A DNA stretch of 64,000 bases, from positions 83,195 to 147,194 of the forward strand of contig CAZFHY010000008.1 in assembly GCA_964519305.1 (NCBI GenBank). The letters run 5' to 3'. The stretch comes from Candidatus Undinarchaeota archaeon. GTDB lineage: Archaea > SpSt-1190 > JASMDC01. Below the pieces are notes generated by a model that was given only the letters and a program-made list of their open reading frames with translations, made no database searches and was not told the origin of the DNA. The position numbers were made by a program, and so were the translations under genes. Shown in pieces: positions 19,169-29,058 of the stretch (within the stretch, counting starts at the first letter, position 1; the number at the start of each line of letters is the position of its first letter).

Positions 19169-20209
19169 TCAGGGCGGAGGCAGTACGTCCTGGTTGAACG
19201 CGGCCAGGCATCTCTCCTTGTAGGATGCAGAGATGATGCTCTCACAGACCGTACGGTCACCTATATCGACCGCCAGATAGCCGAAGCACATGTCACGGTA
19301 CCAGTTATCGTTGATCCGCAGGCAGAGCTTCGGATCCTGTTTCCGTGTAGCGATATGGCCGATACAGAAGTCCCGCTGGCCGGTGATTATCAGCTCACAG
19401 AGGTCCGGGTTCTGGGAGACTGTGGCCTCGCACGTGGTCTTGATCCCGGCGTCCTTCACACCTGAACAGAGTGCAGGATCCTTCTTCTCCATGGCGACGT
19501 TCGTTGTGCATCGGTCCTGCTCAGAGACATTGACCGCCTCAGCGCATAGGTTCACGTCCTTGAGCGTCAGTGCAACGTTGGAGATGCACGCGTCCCGTTC
19601 CGACGGCACCAGTAGCTGTTTGCACGGTTCCGTATCCTGAGTGATGAACGAAAGCGTCCGGTGACACTGATTGAAAACGTCCTTGTCCACGATCTTCATA
19701 CAGAGCGTGTTGTCCTCGAGCACGAGTGCCGCATCCAGGATACACATCTCACGGTCGTCCGCAAGGTAATCGCATCTGAAGGTCCGTAGCTGGGGGGATG
19801 CCTTGAGGATGAGCACGACCGCGAGGACGGTCAGGACGATGTAGAAGACGATGCGCCCGATAGGTAACTCGACGAACTCTTCTTCCTCCTCTTCATCCTT
19901 GGAAGGGGGAGCTTCGACGACTTCCTTCTTCTTCTTTTTCTTCTTCGGGACCTCTTCCTCTTCTTCCGACTCTTCTTCTTCTTTCTCAGAGGTCTCTTCC
20001 TTTTCCTCTTCTTCCGACTCTTCTTCTTCTTTCTCAGAGGTCTCTTCCTTTTCCTCTTCTTCGGAAGTGGCCTCTATCTCATCTTTATCGGTCTTCTTGG
20101 ACGATTCATCCGTTTTGGAGGTCGTTTCTTTGTCCTCGGATTCTTTTTTGGGATCCTCGGTCTTGATTTCGATCTCCTCGTCCTTTGAGTCCTTCTTCTC
20201 CCCGGCCAC
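19169..20209 (-). CDS. Membrane protein with Glu/Lys-rich N-terminal tail and extracellular Cys-pair repeats
   Basis: Acidic low-complexity N-terminus, TM, then repeated DxxLCxxI-x4-RDxC units. Confidence 0.82.
   Translation of the reverse strand: MAGEKKDSKDEEIEIKTEDPKKESEDKETTSKTDESSKKTDKDEIEATSEEEEKEETSEKEEEESEEEEKEETSEKEEEESEEEEEVPKKKKKKKEVVEAPPSKDEEEEEEFVELPIGRIVFYIVLTVLAVVLILKASPQLRTFRCDYLADDREMCILDAALVLEDNTLCMKIVDKDVFNQCHRTLSFITQDTEPCKQLLVPSERDACISNVALTLKDVNLCAEAVNVSEQDRCTTNVAMEKKDPALCSGVKDAGIKTTCEATVSQNPDLCELIITGQRDFCIGHIATRKQDPKLCLRINDNWYRDMCFGYLAVDIGDRTVCESIISASYKERCLAAFNQDVLPPP
19955..20062. repeat. 48-bp coding tandem repeat (about 2.2 copies; EEEEKEETSEKEEEES)
   Basis: CCGACTC at 19966 and 20014 with identical intervening sequence. 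Confidence 0.85.
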
Positions 20210-20247
20210 GGTGCTTCCTCATTGGACCATTATGGTTTAAAAATACG

Positions 20248-21033
20248 TCACATGCGGGCGAGGTTCAGAGCCAGTGCCACAAGTGATGCACCTACGAGCG
20301 AAGCGGCCGTCCCGATCCACACACCCCAGACCGGATAGAGGTTCACTATCAGGAACGCGTACACCCCTGTGGACGCGAATCCGGACCAAGAGTGCTTCAC
20401 GACGGAATCCGTGACCTCATGGCCGTTCGCCAGGTGGAGAAGCACGAGGACCGGTAGGATCGTGCCTGGGAACGCAGAGAGGAGCCCACCCCAGGCCGGT
20501 CCCAGAGTGTCGGCTGCCAGTGTGACACCTGCGACCACTAGTCCTGCGAACAGCGCCCGTGGGATAAGAGCGCCCTTGGCTCCTGAGCCCGTGGGACTAT
20601 CGGTGATATCGCGTGTAAGGAGAGCAAGGACTACTATGGCGGACGCGAGGAGAGCGAGCCGACCCATGAACGCATTGGGAGCGATTGCTTCGAGCGTCCA
20701 TACGGACGTTGCCAGCACGGTGAGCGCCCCGATGAGAGCGATCGCCACCTCGGTACTACGGGAGTTCCCAGCAGAGAGCCGACAACACGCGACGTACGCC
20801 AGAACGAAGAACACGTCGGCAGTGAGCCCGACAGGGTTCCATGTAGCGCTCTCGGCAGCAAAGGTCGGACCGTGAGAGAGGCCGATGAAGTGAAGGTTGA
20901 TCGCCGTCATTGTCGGGAATGCCATGAGGACCCCTGCAACACGTGGACCTGAACGTTCGGCGAGCGCCGTCACGATTAGCACGATGGCAGCACCAGCGAT
21001 GCCGCGAATGAGGAGCAGTGAAGGATCGACCAT
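20248..21033 (-). CDS. Integral membrane protein (DUF3147-like, two-fold internal repeat)
   Basis: GPRVAGVLMAFP and GPAWGGLLSAFP duplicated motifs, about 8 TM segments. Confidence 0.75.
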   Translation of the reverse strand: MVDPSLLLIRGIAGAAIVLIVTALAERSGPRVAGVLMAFPTMTAINLHFIGLSHGPTFAAESATWNPVGLTADVFFVLAYVACCRLSAGNSRSTEVAIALIGALTVLATSVWTLEAIAPNAFMGRLALLASAIVVLALLTRDITDSPTGSGAKGALIPRALFAGLVVAGVTLAADTLGPAWGGLLSAFPGTILPVLVLLHLANGHEVTDSVVKHSWSGFASTGVYAFLIVNLYPVWGVWIGTAASLVGASLVALALNLARM

Positions 21034-21131
21034 GGCTAACGACCGGTTTGTTGATTACAGGGACCGGTCGCAAGCCTGTTGATTTATAATGGTTCTCTCT
21101 GGGTTCTCGCGGGGGAAGGGGGAGTCCCTCT

Positions 21132-21596
21132 TCACATAACGGGATTGAGCTCGAGGTACAGGGGCGTCCGCCTGACCTGGATGCGCTGGTACGGGGCGTT
21201 CACGCGCTGTACGAGCTCGGATATGTTGTCCTGGATGTAGCGCAGTGCCCTGAGATCGTCCTTGTTGGCACCGAACATGGGGATCTTCCCTGTCCGGAGA
21301 CCTTCGATGACCATCTCTCGGATGCGCATGTACTCTTCAGCGTGGTTCCGCTTGGGGCGCTCGCTGGGCCGCTTGAACGATGGGAGCGAATAGTGCTTGA
21401 TGGACCCGATCTTTCGGGACTTGATACCGCCGTGCTTCTCGATCGCGAGCAATGCGTGCATGATGGCACGGTATTCGCTCGTGTTGGAACGAGGCTTATC
21501 ACATTCTTCGAACATGGCATCTAGAAGCTCTGCCATGGTGAATTCGCTTTCGCTTAATGTTTCCTTGATGGACTCTAATAGCTGCTCTGTCTTCAT
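21132..21596 (-). CDS. Putative winged-helix DNA-binding protein
   Basis: FTMAELLD...IMHALLAIEKHGGIKSRKIGSIKHYSL has a wHTH pattern. GGAGG RBS before ATG 21596. Confidence 0.65.
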   Translation of the reverse strand: MKTEQLLESIKETLSESEFTMAELLDAMFEECDKPRSNTSEYRAIMHALLAIEKHGGIKSRKIGSIKHYSLPSFKRPSERPKRNHAEEYMRIREMVIEGLRTGKIPMFGANKDDLRALRYIQDNISELVQRVNAPYQRIQVRRTPLYLELNPVM

Positions 21597-21711
21597 TGTT
21601 CCCAACCTCCGTCCCGGGATGTCTCACCGGACTGTGTTCCCGCTCATCAAGGTGCGTACCTGGGGGGTGGCCGCTTCACCTTGGGGGTGAGAGAAAAGGT
21701 GTCGTCCGAGC

Positions 21712-21766
21712 TTTATATTCAAATAACATAACGTTTCTATAACGGCACTATAACATATTGTTAACA
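21712..21766 (+). promoter_or_regulatory. TATA box plus four TAAC(G/A) direct repeats phased at 11 bp
   Basis: TTTATATT at 21712; TAAC at 21729, 21740, 21751, 21762. Confidence 0.7.
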
Positions 21767-21775
21767 GGTGGTACC

Positions 21776-22321
21776 ATGCGCCTTGGAACTGTTCAACGTC
21801 ACGTCATCAGAAGCCTCGGAATCTCACGAAAAGTCGTCGGGGACATAGTCGAGGAGTATGCTCCGAACCGAAGGGAAAGCGGATACGCATCCGTTTCCCG
21901 AGCCTTGAGCGTCCTTAAGAACGAGGGAGTCGTCATGAAGGACGATAATTTCTACACGCTCACCGACAAGGGGATGAAGCTGTATAAGGAGCTCTTCCCG
22001 GAAGAGTGGAAGGAGAACTATTCCAAGGACATCCGGGGAGCGGTCCAGCACATAATGTCGACCGTCAAGAACCCGGAACGACAACCAGCGGTCCAGAAGA
22101 TCGTGTTCGCCTACTTCGGTCATTTCGGTCGCTCGACCCTGGTCGAACTCTCGGAGGCGCTGGGCATGGACCAGGAGCAGTGCGGGTACGTCGTTGCCGT
22201 GCTCTATAAGATGGGGCTCCTCGAGCTCAAGCCGGACAACAGTGCTGCCATAAGCCAGGACCTACTGTCCTCGACGTTCGACGCAGCATTGAACAAGAAG
22301 AAAACGATGTCACGTAATTGA
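21776..22321 (+). CDS. Tandem winged-helix DNA-binding protein
   Basis: YASVSRALSVLKNEGVV...YTLTDKG plus a second HTH (STLVELSEALGMDQEQCGYVVAVLYKMGLL). Confidence 0.75.
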   Translation: MRLGTVQRHVIRSLGISRKVVGDIVEEYAPNRRESGYASVSRALSVLKNEGVVMKDDNFYTLTDKGMKLYKELFPEEWKENYSKDIRGAVQHIMSTVKNPERQPAVQKIVFAYFGHFGRSTLVELSEALGMDQEQCGYVVAVLYKMGLLELKPDNSAAISQDLLSSTFDAALNKKKTMSRN

Positions 22322-22328
22322 TACCGTT

Positions 22329-24569
22329 CTAGGCGGTCGGCTCTTTGACCGCATAGTCGTACTCGTTACGGGACACGACCTCGCCCTCTTTCTCGAGCTC
22401 CAGCCTGAGCTTGAAGGCCCCGGTGGTCTCGGGGGTCCACTCCAGGGTACCGAACTCCTTGGAAGAGCTCTCACCGACATCGATGACGGACTCCTGCTCC
22501 TTGACGACGTTCCCTTCCGCATCGACGAGGGTCGCGCGCAGTGACGCTCCGTCGTATGCCTTGTAGAGGTCGTTCGTCACCCAGAGGGGGACCTCTAGGT
22601 TCTCACCGAGCCTGACCTTCTCATGCTCCTGGTCTGCTGAGACGAGCACGGGCTGGTAGGCTGTGGCCACGGCCTCGAACGCCTGCTTGGGGCGCCTGTC
22701 GTAGTCGACGAGCGACCAGGTGATTGCGTCCTCCCAACAGTCAACGAACATGAACTGGAACAGCGCAGTAACGGGCTCGTGCTTGTGGCGGCGATAGTTC
22801 TCTATGGCGAACTTGTTCACGCGCGCCTGGTAATCCTGCGAGTTGGCGACGAAATCCTCGATGGACCCGCTCCGGTCGATACCAGCGATCATGTGGGTCT
22901 GGAGCGGCTGGAAGTCCTTGGGCATCCATGACCTGGCGTAGTTCCAGTTGGTCGGCTCCATATCCTTCTCTGTGAATATCCTGCGCATGGTCTCCATGTT
23001 AGGGAGGCCCTGGGCACCGAACTCGCTGATGATGGGTTCGGCGTTGGCGGCGTCCTCACGGAACTGGTGATAGTCGCCCGTGTACCAGCCGAAGTACTTG
23101 TGCTCGTACGTCGGGGATGATACCTTGACGAGCCGCGTGGGATCCTCTTCCACAGCAGCAGATCGAAGGGCCTCGTCGAACTCCTCGACGTTGGCCTGCA
23201 CCAGCCAGTGACGGCCGTCCAGGGCGCCCATGAGCGTGTTACGCCGGTGCTGCTCCTCCTCGGGGCTGTCCCCCTTCCGTCCGAAACCCAGGGATTCCCA
23301 GACGAACCCGAGCACATCCCCGATGTTGTCGACGGAGATCGGCTCGTTATGGCAGGCGTACACCATCACGGAAGGATGGTTGTATAGGTTCCTGACCATC
23401 TTGCGCATCATGCCTACGGCCCTGTCCTGGAGCTTGGGATCATAGTTCCACTGAAGGATGAAGTCCTGCCATACGAGGATACCTTCCTCGTCGCATCGGT
23501 TGTAGAAGTCATCATCCTCGATATGAGCATGGACACGGACACCGTTCATGTTCGCCTTCCTGAGAAGTTCGAAATCGCGATCGTAGAAGGATGGGCCCTC
23601 GCTCATCCATTGTGTCGATATGTAGTTCGTACCGCGGACGAAGAGGGGCTTACCGTTAAGGTACCAGCCACCGTCCTCGCGTTGTTCGAACTCACGTACG
23701 CCGATATTGCCCGTGTCGCGGTCGGAAACCCGTCCGCCGTCGACGACGGCCACCTCGTAGTTGTAGAGGTTGGGGTCGCCCATGTCCCAGGTCCACCATT
23801 TCTTGGCCCCGTTCATGGACATGTCGAACATGGCCTCGTTCTCGCCCTCCTTGACATCGACGGTCTGTTCGATCTCGTACGACTCGCCGTCGAAGTTCTT
23901 GGGGGTCAGGCGTACACGGACGGTCGTTTCCCCATCCCGGTAGGCCTTTATCGGTACCGTGACCGACATGTCAGCGCCACTCTCCCGGATCGTGGGGGTG
24001 AGCTTGACGTCGCCCAGGACATAGTCGCCCGTACGCTTGATAGTGACATCGCGCCAGATGCCGCCGGTGTTGGCGTCCCGACCCCTGAACGGATCTAGCC
24101 CGCCGGGTCGGCAATCCCACTGGTCCAGCACACCTTTGATGTACTTCTTACCAGTGATGTATGAAAAGAACGGTTCCTTGGGAGAATCCACGCGCACGGC
24201 CAGGGAGTTCTCGTCCTTGATGACGTCGGTGACGTCGTAGGAGAACTCGTCGAAGTAGCCCTCGTGGGCGCCTAGTTTCTCGCCGTTGAGCGTTACGTCG
24301 GCTTTGTAATCGACGCTCTTGAACACAAGATGATATCGGGCACCGTCCTCACGTTCGGGCATGTCGAAACCGTGCCGGAACCAGACCGTCCCTGAGTGGT
24401 CCAGGCCTTCCCGGTACCAGTTCGACGGGATCTTCATGGTGTCCCAGCCATCGTCGTTGAACCCCTCGCGAGCATACCCACGCAACCCGCCAAGATGGAA
24501 GCGGTCCGTACGGTAGGCCCACTCTCCCTCCAGAGATGTCTCTTCGACGATGTCCCGTTCGACTTCCAT
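22329..24569 (-). CDS. Glycoside hydrolase family 2 (beta-mannosidase-like)
   Basis: HEGYF, GGIWRDV, WWTWDMGDPNLY, RGTNYI, VRVHAH, CHNEP (acid/base), ISEFGAQ (nucleophile). Confidence 0.92.
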   Translation of the reverse strand: MEVERDIVEETSLEGEWAYRTDRFHLGGLRGYAREGFNDDGWDTMKIPSNWYREGLDHSGTVWFRHGFDMPEREDGARYHLVFKSVDYKADVTLNGEKLGAHEGYFDEFSYDVTDVIKDENSLAVRVDSPKEPFFSYITGKKYIKGVLDQWDCRPGGLDPFRGRDANTGGIWRDVTIKRTGDYVLGDVKLTPTIRESGADMSVTVPIKAYRDGETTVRVRLTPKNFDGESYEIEQTVDVKEGENEAMFDMSMNGAKKWWTWDMGDPNLYNYEVAVVDGGRVSDRDTGNIGVREFEQREDGGWYLNGKPLFVRGTNYISTQWMSEGPSFYDRDFELLRKANMNGVRVHAHIEDDDFYNRCDEEGILVWQDFILQWNYDPKLQDRAVGMMRKMVRNLYNHPSVMVYACHNEPISVDNIGDVLGFVWESLGFGRKGDSPEEEQHRRNTLMGALDGRHWLVQANVEEFDEALRSAAVEEDPTRLVKVSSPTYEHKYFGWYTGDYHQFREDAANAEPIISEFGAQGLPNMETMRRIFTEKDMEPTNWNYARSWMPKDFQPLQTHMIAGIDRSGSIEDFVANSQDYQARVNKFAIENYRRHKHEPVTALFQFMFVDCWEDAITWSLVDYDRRPKQAFEAVATAYQPVLVSADQEHEKVRLGENLEVPLWVTNDLYKAYDGASLRATLVDAEGNVVKEQESVIDVGESSSKEFGTLEWTPETTGAFKLRLELEKEGEVVSRNEYDYAVKEPTA

Positions 24570-24795
24570 GTACAGTCCCCGATAATCGAGCCGTGGCCCG
24601 ATGTCTCAGTCAAATCCGGCAAGACAGGTCCCTTAAAAGCTTTCTGGTTAACCGGCGAGGTGCTAATTGCACCGGGAAAAGGTAATATCTTCTTGGCCCT
24701 TCGACCTATAGGGTTGCCTTCGATGCCCTCTTTACGCGGGCAGGCGAGCAAATCTATATAAACCGGCTTCCCTGCCGGGATTCACAGGGGTGTAC

Positions 24796-25842
24796 ATGGT
24801 ACCGGTCGAGGAATCCCTCTTAGAGAGGGATGAACATAATCCTTTCTTGGAGCCAGTGGAGGATGATCCCTTCCGCTCGGGCGTGGTTTTCAACGCTGCC
24901 GCGGTGAAGTGGGACGATGGCTACCTCCTGCTCGTGCGCGACCAAGGCGCACCGGGCAAGCTCTTCGATGGCGATGCCGACCTTACTGACCATGTATCCA
25001 AGCCCGAACAACTCGAGCGATGGAACAACTACTCACGCTCGAGGTTCGAACGCGTCGTACTGGCCGCTGACGGACACACGGTCCTCGAGCGCTCCGAAGC
25101 GCCCGTGATGCTGCCTGACAGCGACTTCGACTACATCGGCGTGGAGGACCCTCGGGCCACCCTGATACCCGGGTCCGACGAGTACGCAGTGCTCTACACG
25201 GGCCTCAAGCACAGGGACGATCCGGACGATGGTTTCCACTATCAGATCTGCCTGGCCACGACCAAGGACTTCAACACTTTCGACAAGAAGGGACCCGTGG
25301 ATATCGAAGGCTTCGAGGGTGTACGCAACAAGGACGCTTTCCTCTTCCCCGAGAAGGTCAACGGACGGTACGCCATGATGCACCGGCCTAACACCGACCT
25401 GTCCATGCACGTAGCCTACTCGGACGACCTGATCCACTGGGATGACGCAGGTATCGTCATGGAGATGGGCACTCAGGAGTGGGAGGGTGCAAAGATCGGT
25501 GCGAACGCGCCGCCCATCCGGACCGAGCACGGCTGGCTCGTCATCTACCACGGTGTGGACCCGGAGAAGCACTACCGTCTGGGCGTTGCCATGCTCGATC
25601 CGGACACGCTCGAGTGCACGTGGCGGTACACCGAACCTATCCTGTCTCCGGACATGCCATACGAGGCGGAGGGTCACCCTACTCTGGGTGTGCCCAACGT
25701 GGTATTCTCGTGCGGTGCCGTGGACGCTGACGACAAGATATGGATCCCCTACGGAGGGGCCGACACGGTCATGTGCTCTGCCTGGCTCGACAAGGAAAAG
25801 GTGCTCGAGCTCTACGAGAACGACATGGGTATCGGGTACTAA
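24796..25842 (+). CDS. Glycoside hydrolase family 130 (mannoside phosphorylase/hydrolase)
   Basis: VFNAAAV, GVEDPR, NKDAFLFPEKVNG, MHRP, WLVIYHGV, NVVFSCG. Confidence 0.93.
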   Translation: MVPVEESLLERDEHNPFLEPVEDDPFRSGVVFNAAAVKWDDGYLLLVRDQGAPGKLFDGDADLTDHVSKPEQLERWNNYSRSRFERVVLAADGHTVLERSEAPVMLPDSDFDYIGVEDPRATLIPGSDEYAVLYTGLKHRDDPDDGFHYQICLATTKDFNTFDKKGPVDIEGFEGVRNKDAFLFPEKVNGRYAMMHRPNTDLSMHVAYSDDLIHWDDAGIVMEMGTQEWEGAKIGANAPPIRTEHGWLVIYHGVDPEKHYRLGVAMLDPDTLECTWRYTEPILSPDMPYEAEGHPTLGVPNVVFSCGAVDADDKIWIPYGGADTVMCSAWLDKEKVLELYENDMGIGY

Positions 25843-25857
25843 AAGGGCCTTTTTACG

Positions 25858-25919
25858 CGTTATGTGAGCGTTAACTCAGCGTTAGCCTATCGTTAAGTGG
25901 GGCTTACCGTATAGCGTTA
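25858..25919. repeat. Phased CGTTA (TAACG) direct repeats, 11-bp period
   Basis: CGTTA at 25858, 25869, 25880, 25891; degenerate GCTTA at 25902; CGTTA at 25915. Confidence 0.75.
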
Positions 25920-25984
25920 CGCGAACTTATATCAAGGTGGCCCAAAGGCAGGTTTATTAACCGACCTTTCAGCGTGCTGGAGCA

Positions 25985-27292
25985 GTGGACGAGTACGATG
26001 TGGCCATCATCGGAGCTGGTCCTGCGGGCCTCTCCTTGGCAGCTGACCTCTCCCGCGACTACAAGGTAGCACTCATAGAGCGGGGCGAGATTGGCCACAC
26101 CGACAAGGCCTGGGGAGTGCTCGAGACCGATGGTTACCGCGTTGACGACGACCTTGTCATCAACCGTTTGTACCGTGGTGCGATCCGTCTGCGCTCCGAC
26201 GACAGGTCGATCACAATCGACGAGCCAGTTGCCGAGGGAGACAGCTGTGCTCTTGTCGATGAGGAGAAGGTCATGGCCAAGTGGAAGGGCCAGGCGGAAT
26301 CGTACGGATGCAGCCTCTTCGAGAACACATCATACCGTGACCTCAGTTATACTGGCGATGGTGTCGAGGTGGAGACCGATTCGGGGCAGTTCAAGGCCAG
26401 GCTACTGATCGATGCCACCGGCTACAACTCGCCCATAGCACAGAAGGTCGGTCTGCACAAGGAACCGGACTACTACGTGCCCACCTTTGGTGGCTACGTG
26501 GAAGGGGCATCCTTCCCGGACCCGACATCGGGGCTCGTGGCCGTCCGTGATGCCGACACCGACGTTATCGGCGAGTATTTCCCTCTCTCCAAGGAACGTG
26601 GCGTGTCCTGGGTGTTCCAGGCCATCACTCCCGATGAGTACGCGACGAAGAGCGAGGATGAATGGATCCAGGGGCTCAGGGACGCATATGATGTCTTTAC
26701 ATCGAATGATCCCGAAGTGGAGGGCTCACACCTCGTCAAGGAGTGCTACGGTGTGATCCCGATGAGGCAGATGGACAGGAAGGCCGCTGACCGTGTGCTC
26801 ATGGTGGGTGACGCTGGTGGCCAGACCCCCTTCTGCACCCTCGGCTTCAATGCGATCTTCAAGGGTCATGAGCGCGTGGCCGAACAGGTGGGTTACCTTC
26901 TTGAAAAGGACGACCTCTCCGCAAGCTCCCTCAACTCAGTCTCCTATAGGGACAAGAACCCTCTCTCGGACATCCTGATGCCGATCCTCATAAAACAGGG
27001 GCTCGAGATGCCCGTGGACGAGATGATGGGCCTTGTTGAGCCCTTGATCGAGTACGGTAGCTCAAAAGCGTTCTCCCAGCTACAGGTGCGTGCCCTGGAC
27101 GATTCGGTGCGTATCGAGGACCTCGAGTCCTTCTTCCGTGCTTCGAGCGAGATGCCAATGCGAGAAAAGGCACGCATGGCATGGAGCGGGGCAAAGACGT
27201 CCGGCTTCGTCGACTCGTGCAAGGCAGCGTACGCCGTAGGCCGTGCATACATCGACCACTGGTTCTCTGACAAGGAAGAGGACGACCAGTGA
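25985..27292 (+). CDS. FAD-dependent oxidoreductase (lycopene cyclase/geranylgeranyl reductase superfamily)
   Basis: DVAIIGAGPAG, LIDATG, VGDAGG. Confidence 0.82.
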   Translation: MDEYDVAIIGAGPAGLSLAADLSRDYKVALIERGEIGHTDKAWGVLETDGYRVDDDLVINRLYRGAIRLRSDDRSITIDEPVAEGDSCALVDEEKVMAKWKGQAESYGCSLFENTSYRDLSYTGDGVEVETDSGQFKARLLIDATGYNSPIAQKVGLHKEPDYYVPTFGGYVEGASFPDPTSGLVAVRDADTDVIGEYFPLSKERGVSWVFQAITPDEYATKSEDEWIQGLRDAYDVFTSNDPEVEGSHLVKECYGVIPMRQMDRKAADRVLMVGDAGGQTPFCTLGFNAIFKGHERVAEQVGYLLEKDDLSASSLNSVSYRDKNPLSDILMPILIKQGLEMPVDEMMGLVEPLIEYGSSKAFSQLQVRALDDSVRIEDLESFFRASSEMPMREKARMAWSGAKTSGFVDSCKAAYAVGRAYIDHWFSDKEEDDQ

Positions 27293-27341
27293 GTCGGCCT
27301 GAACGCAACAGATATAACACTTGATTAGGCCGCCTGATGTG

Positions 27342-29051
27342 ATGACGTCGGACCACCTGCCGCGCAATGGCATCGTGCTCGGGCTCATCGACAGCCAGAA
27401 CGACTGTGGTGCCTGTGTGGTCGAGGACGGTCGTGTCCTTTCTGCTGTCAACGAGGAGAGGCTCACAGGAAGGAAGCTCCAGGGCGGTTTCCCGACCGAA
27501 TCGCTCGAGGAAGTGCTCGACATCGCCGGGCTCGGGTACGGTGACGTCGACGTTATCGCTGTGAGCGGGCTTCTCACGCCACCACCATACGCACGTTTGG
27601 TCCGTGGTATCCAGGAGATCGAATGTGATGTCCGTGCATCGAAGAAGGAGGGGCCGGTCTCAGTGGTGTCCGATCTCGTGAAGTTCAGGTTCGGACTGAA
27701 CATCATCGAGCCTACGTCCACAGCCGGACGGAATCTGAGCAGGACCATACCTGCCCTGATCCGGAAGGACCTGCCACGACCGCTCCGTGACACGCCGATC
27801 GTACCCATCGACCATCACATCACCCATCTGGCAGGAGCGTACTTCATCTCGGGGAGGGATGAAGTGCTCGCCATCACCGCTGACGGCCAGGGCGACGGCC
27901 GCTCCCTCTCGGTCGCCAAGTGCGAGGGAGGGGCGATCGACATAGTCCACGAGATGTCGGCCAACGACTCGTTCGGACTGTTCTATTCAGAGGTGACCCG
28001 ATGGATGGGGTTCCTGCGTCACCGTCATGAAGGCAAGACGCTAGGCCTCTCAGCACACGGTGACGCTGCTGCGGTCGACATCGAATTCCCGTTCACCGAT
28101 GAGGGCGTCTACACTGGTCGCTTGGGACGCGCTGCCCAAAGCGATCTGGCCCGCTCGTTCGCCGGGTACCGGAAGGAGGACGTGGCTGCATGGGTACAGC
28201 ACAACCTGGAGGAACGGATGACCGCGCTCGTCGACCGGTTGGTCGAACGCACCGGGATTCCACACCTTGCCCTCTCCGGCGGCGTCTTCGCGAACGTACG
28301 ATTGAACCAGCGACTGTGGGAGCTTCCTTCCGTAAAGTCAGTGTTCGTCGTCCCGCATATGGGCGATGGCGGTTGCGCGATGGGCGCGGCACTGGCCTGG
28401 GCACGCCCCCGACCACGTCTGTTGGACGATGTGTTCCTCGGTCGATCATACACTGATGACGAGGTGGAACGTTCGCTCGACCGGTCAGGAGTAGGACATG
28501 AACGCCCCGCTGACCGTGAATCGACCGTCGCTGACCTTCTGGCCAAGGGTGACGTCGTAGGACGTTTCCACGGACGTGCTGAATGGGGGCCGAGGGCGCT
28601 CGGTAACCGGAGCATACTTCTACAGGCCACTGACGGCAAGGTGCTCGACTGGCTCAACGAACGGTTGAAGCGTACAGAGTTCATGCCGTTCGCACCCTTG
28701 GTGCTCGAGGAAGAGGTCCGGAAGTGCTTCAAGCGAGTGTCCGGAGCGCGACAACCGGCAGCTTACATGACGATCACGTTCGACACGACGACATGGATGC
28801 GTGAGCACTGCCCAGGAGCGGTCCATGTGGACGGCACGGCACGGCCACAGATCGTGTCGGCACGGACGACGCCGATGCTCCACAAGATACTCGCGCTCTA
28901 TCACGAGGCTACCGGTCTGCCCGTGCTCATAAATACGAGCTTCAACCTGCACGAGTCACCGATGGTGTACCGTCCCGAGGACGCGATACGTTCCTACAAG
29001 GCCGGTGCGGTCGACCACCTCGCGATCGGACCCTTCCTGGCCTCGGCTTGA
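27342..29051 (+). CDS. Carbamoyltransferase (NodU/CmcH family)
   Basis: NEERL, DHHITH, DGQGD, EGKTLGL, GGVFAN, GPRALGNRS, VHVDGTARPQ, NTSFNLH. Confidence 0.93.
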   Translation: MTSDHLPRNGIVLGLIDSQNDCGACVVEDGRVLSAVNEERLTGRKLQGGFPTESLEEVLDIAGLGYGDVDVIAVSGLLTPPPYARLVRGIQEIECDVRASKKEGPVSVVSDLVKFRFGLNIIEPTSTAGRNLSRTIPALIRKDLPRPLRDTPIVPIDHHITHLAGAYFISGRDEVLAITADGQGDGRSLSVAKCEGGAIDIVHEMSANDSFGLFYSEVTRWMGFLRHRHEGKTLGLSAHGDAAAVDIEFPFTDEGVYTGRLGRAAQSDLARSFAGYRKEDVAAWVQHNLEERMTALVDRLVERTGIPHLALSGGVFANVRLNQRLWELPSVKSVFVVPHMGDGGCAMGAALAWARPRPRLLDDVFLGRSYTDDEVERSLDRSGVGHERPADRESTVADLLAKGDVVGRFHGRAEWGPRALGNRSILLQATDGKVLDWLNERLKRTEFMPFAPLVLEEEVRKCFKRVSGARQPAAYMTITFDTTTWMREHCPGAVHVDGTARPQIVSARTTPMLHKILALYHEATGLPVLINTSFNLHESPMVYRPEDAIRSYKAGAVDHLAIGPFLASA

Positions 29052-29058
29052 TCACCGG

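Noticed and set aside
21721-21748. dif-like site (minus strand GTGCCGTTATA-GAAACG-TTATGTTATTT)
   Set aside because: One arm matches the XerD half-site at 9/11, but the other arm is poor and there is no dyad symmetry. The 11-bp phased repeats explain it better.
24621-24632. 12-mer AAGACAGGTCCC shared with about 61043
   Set aside because: Many 12-bp matches are expected by chance in 64 kb, and the two positional contexts differ.
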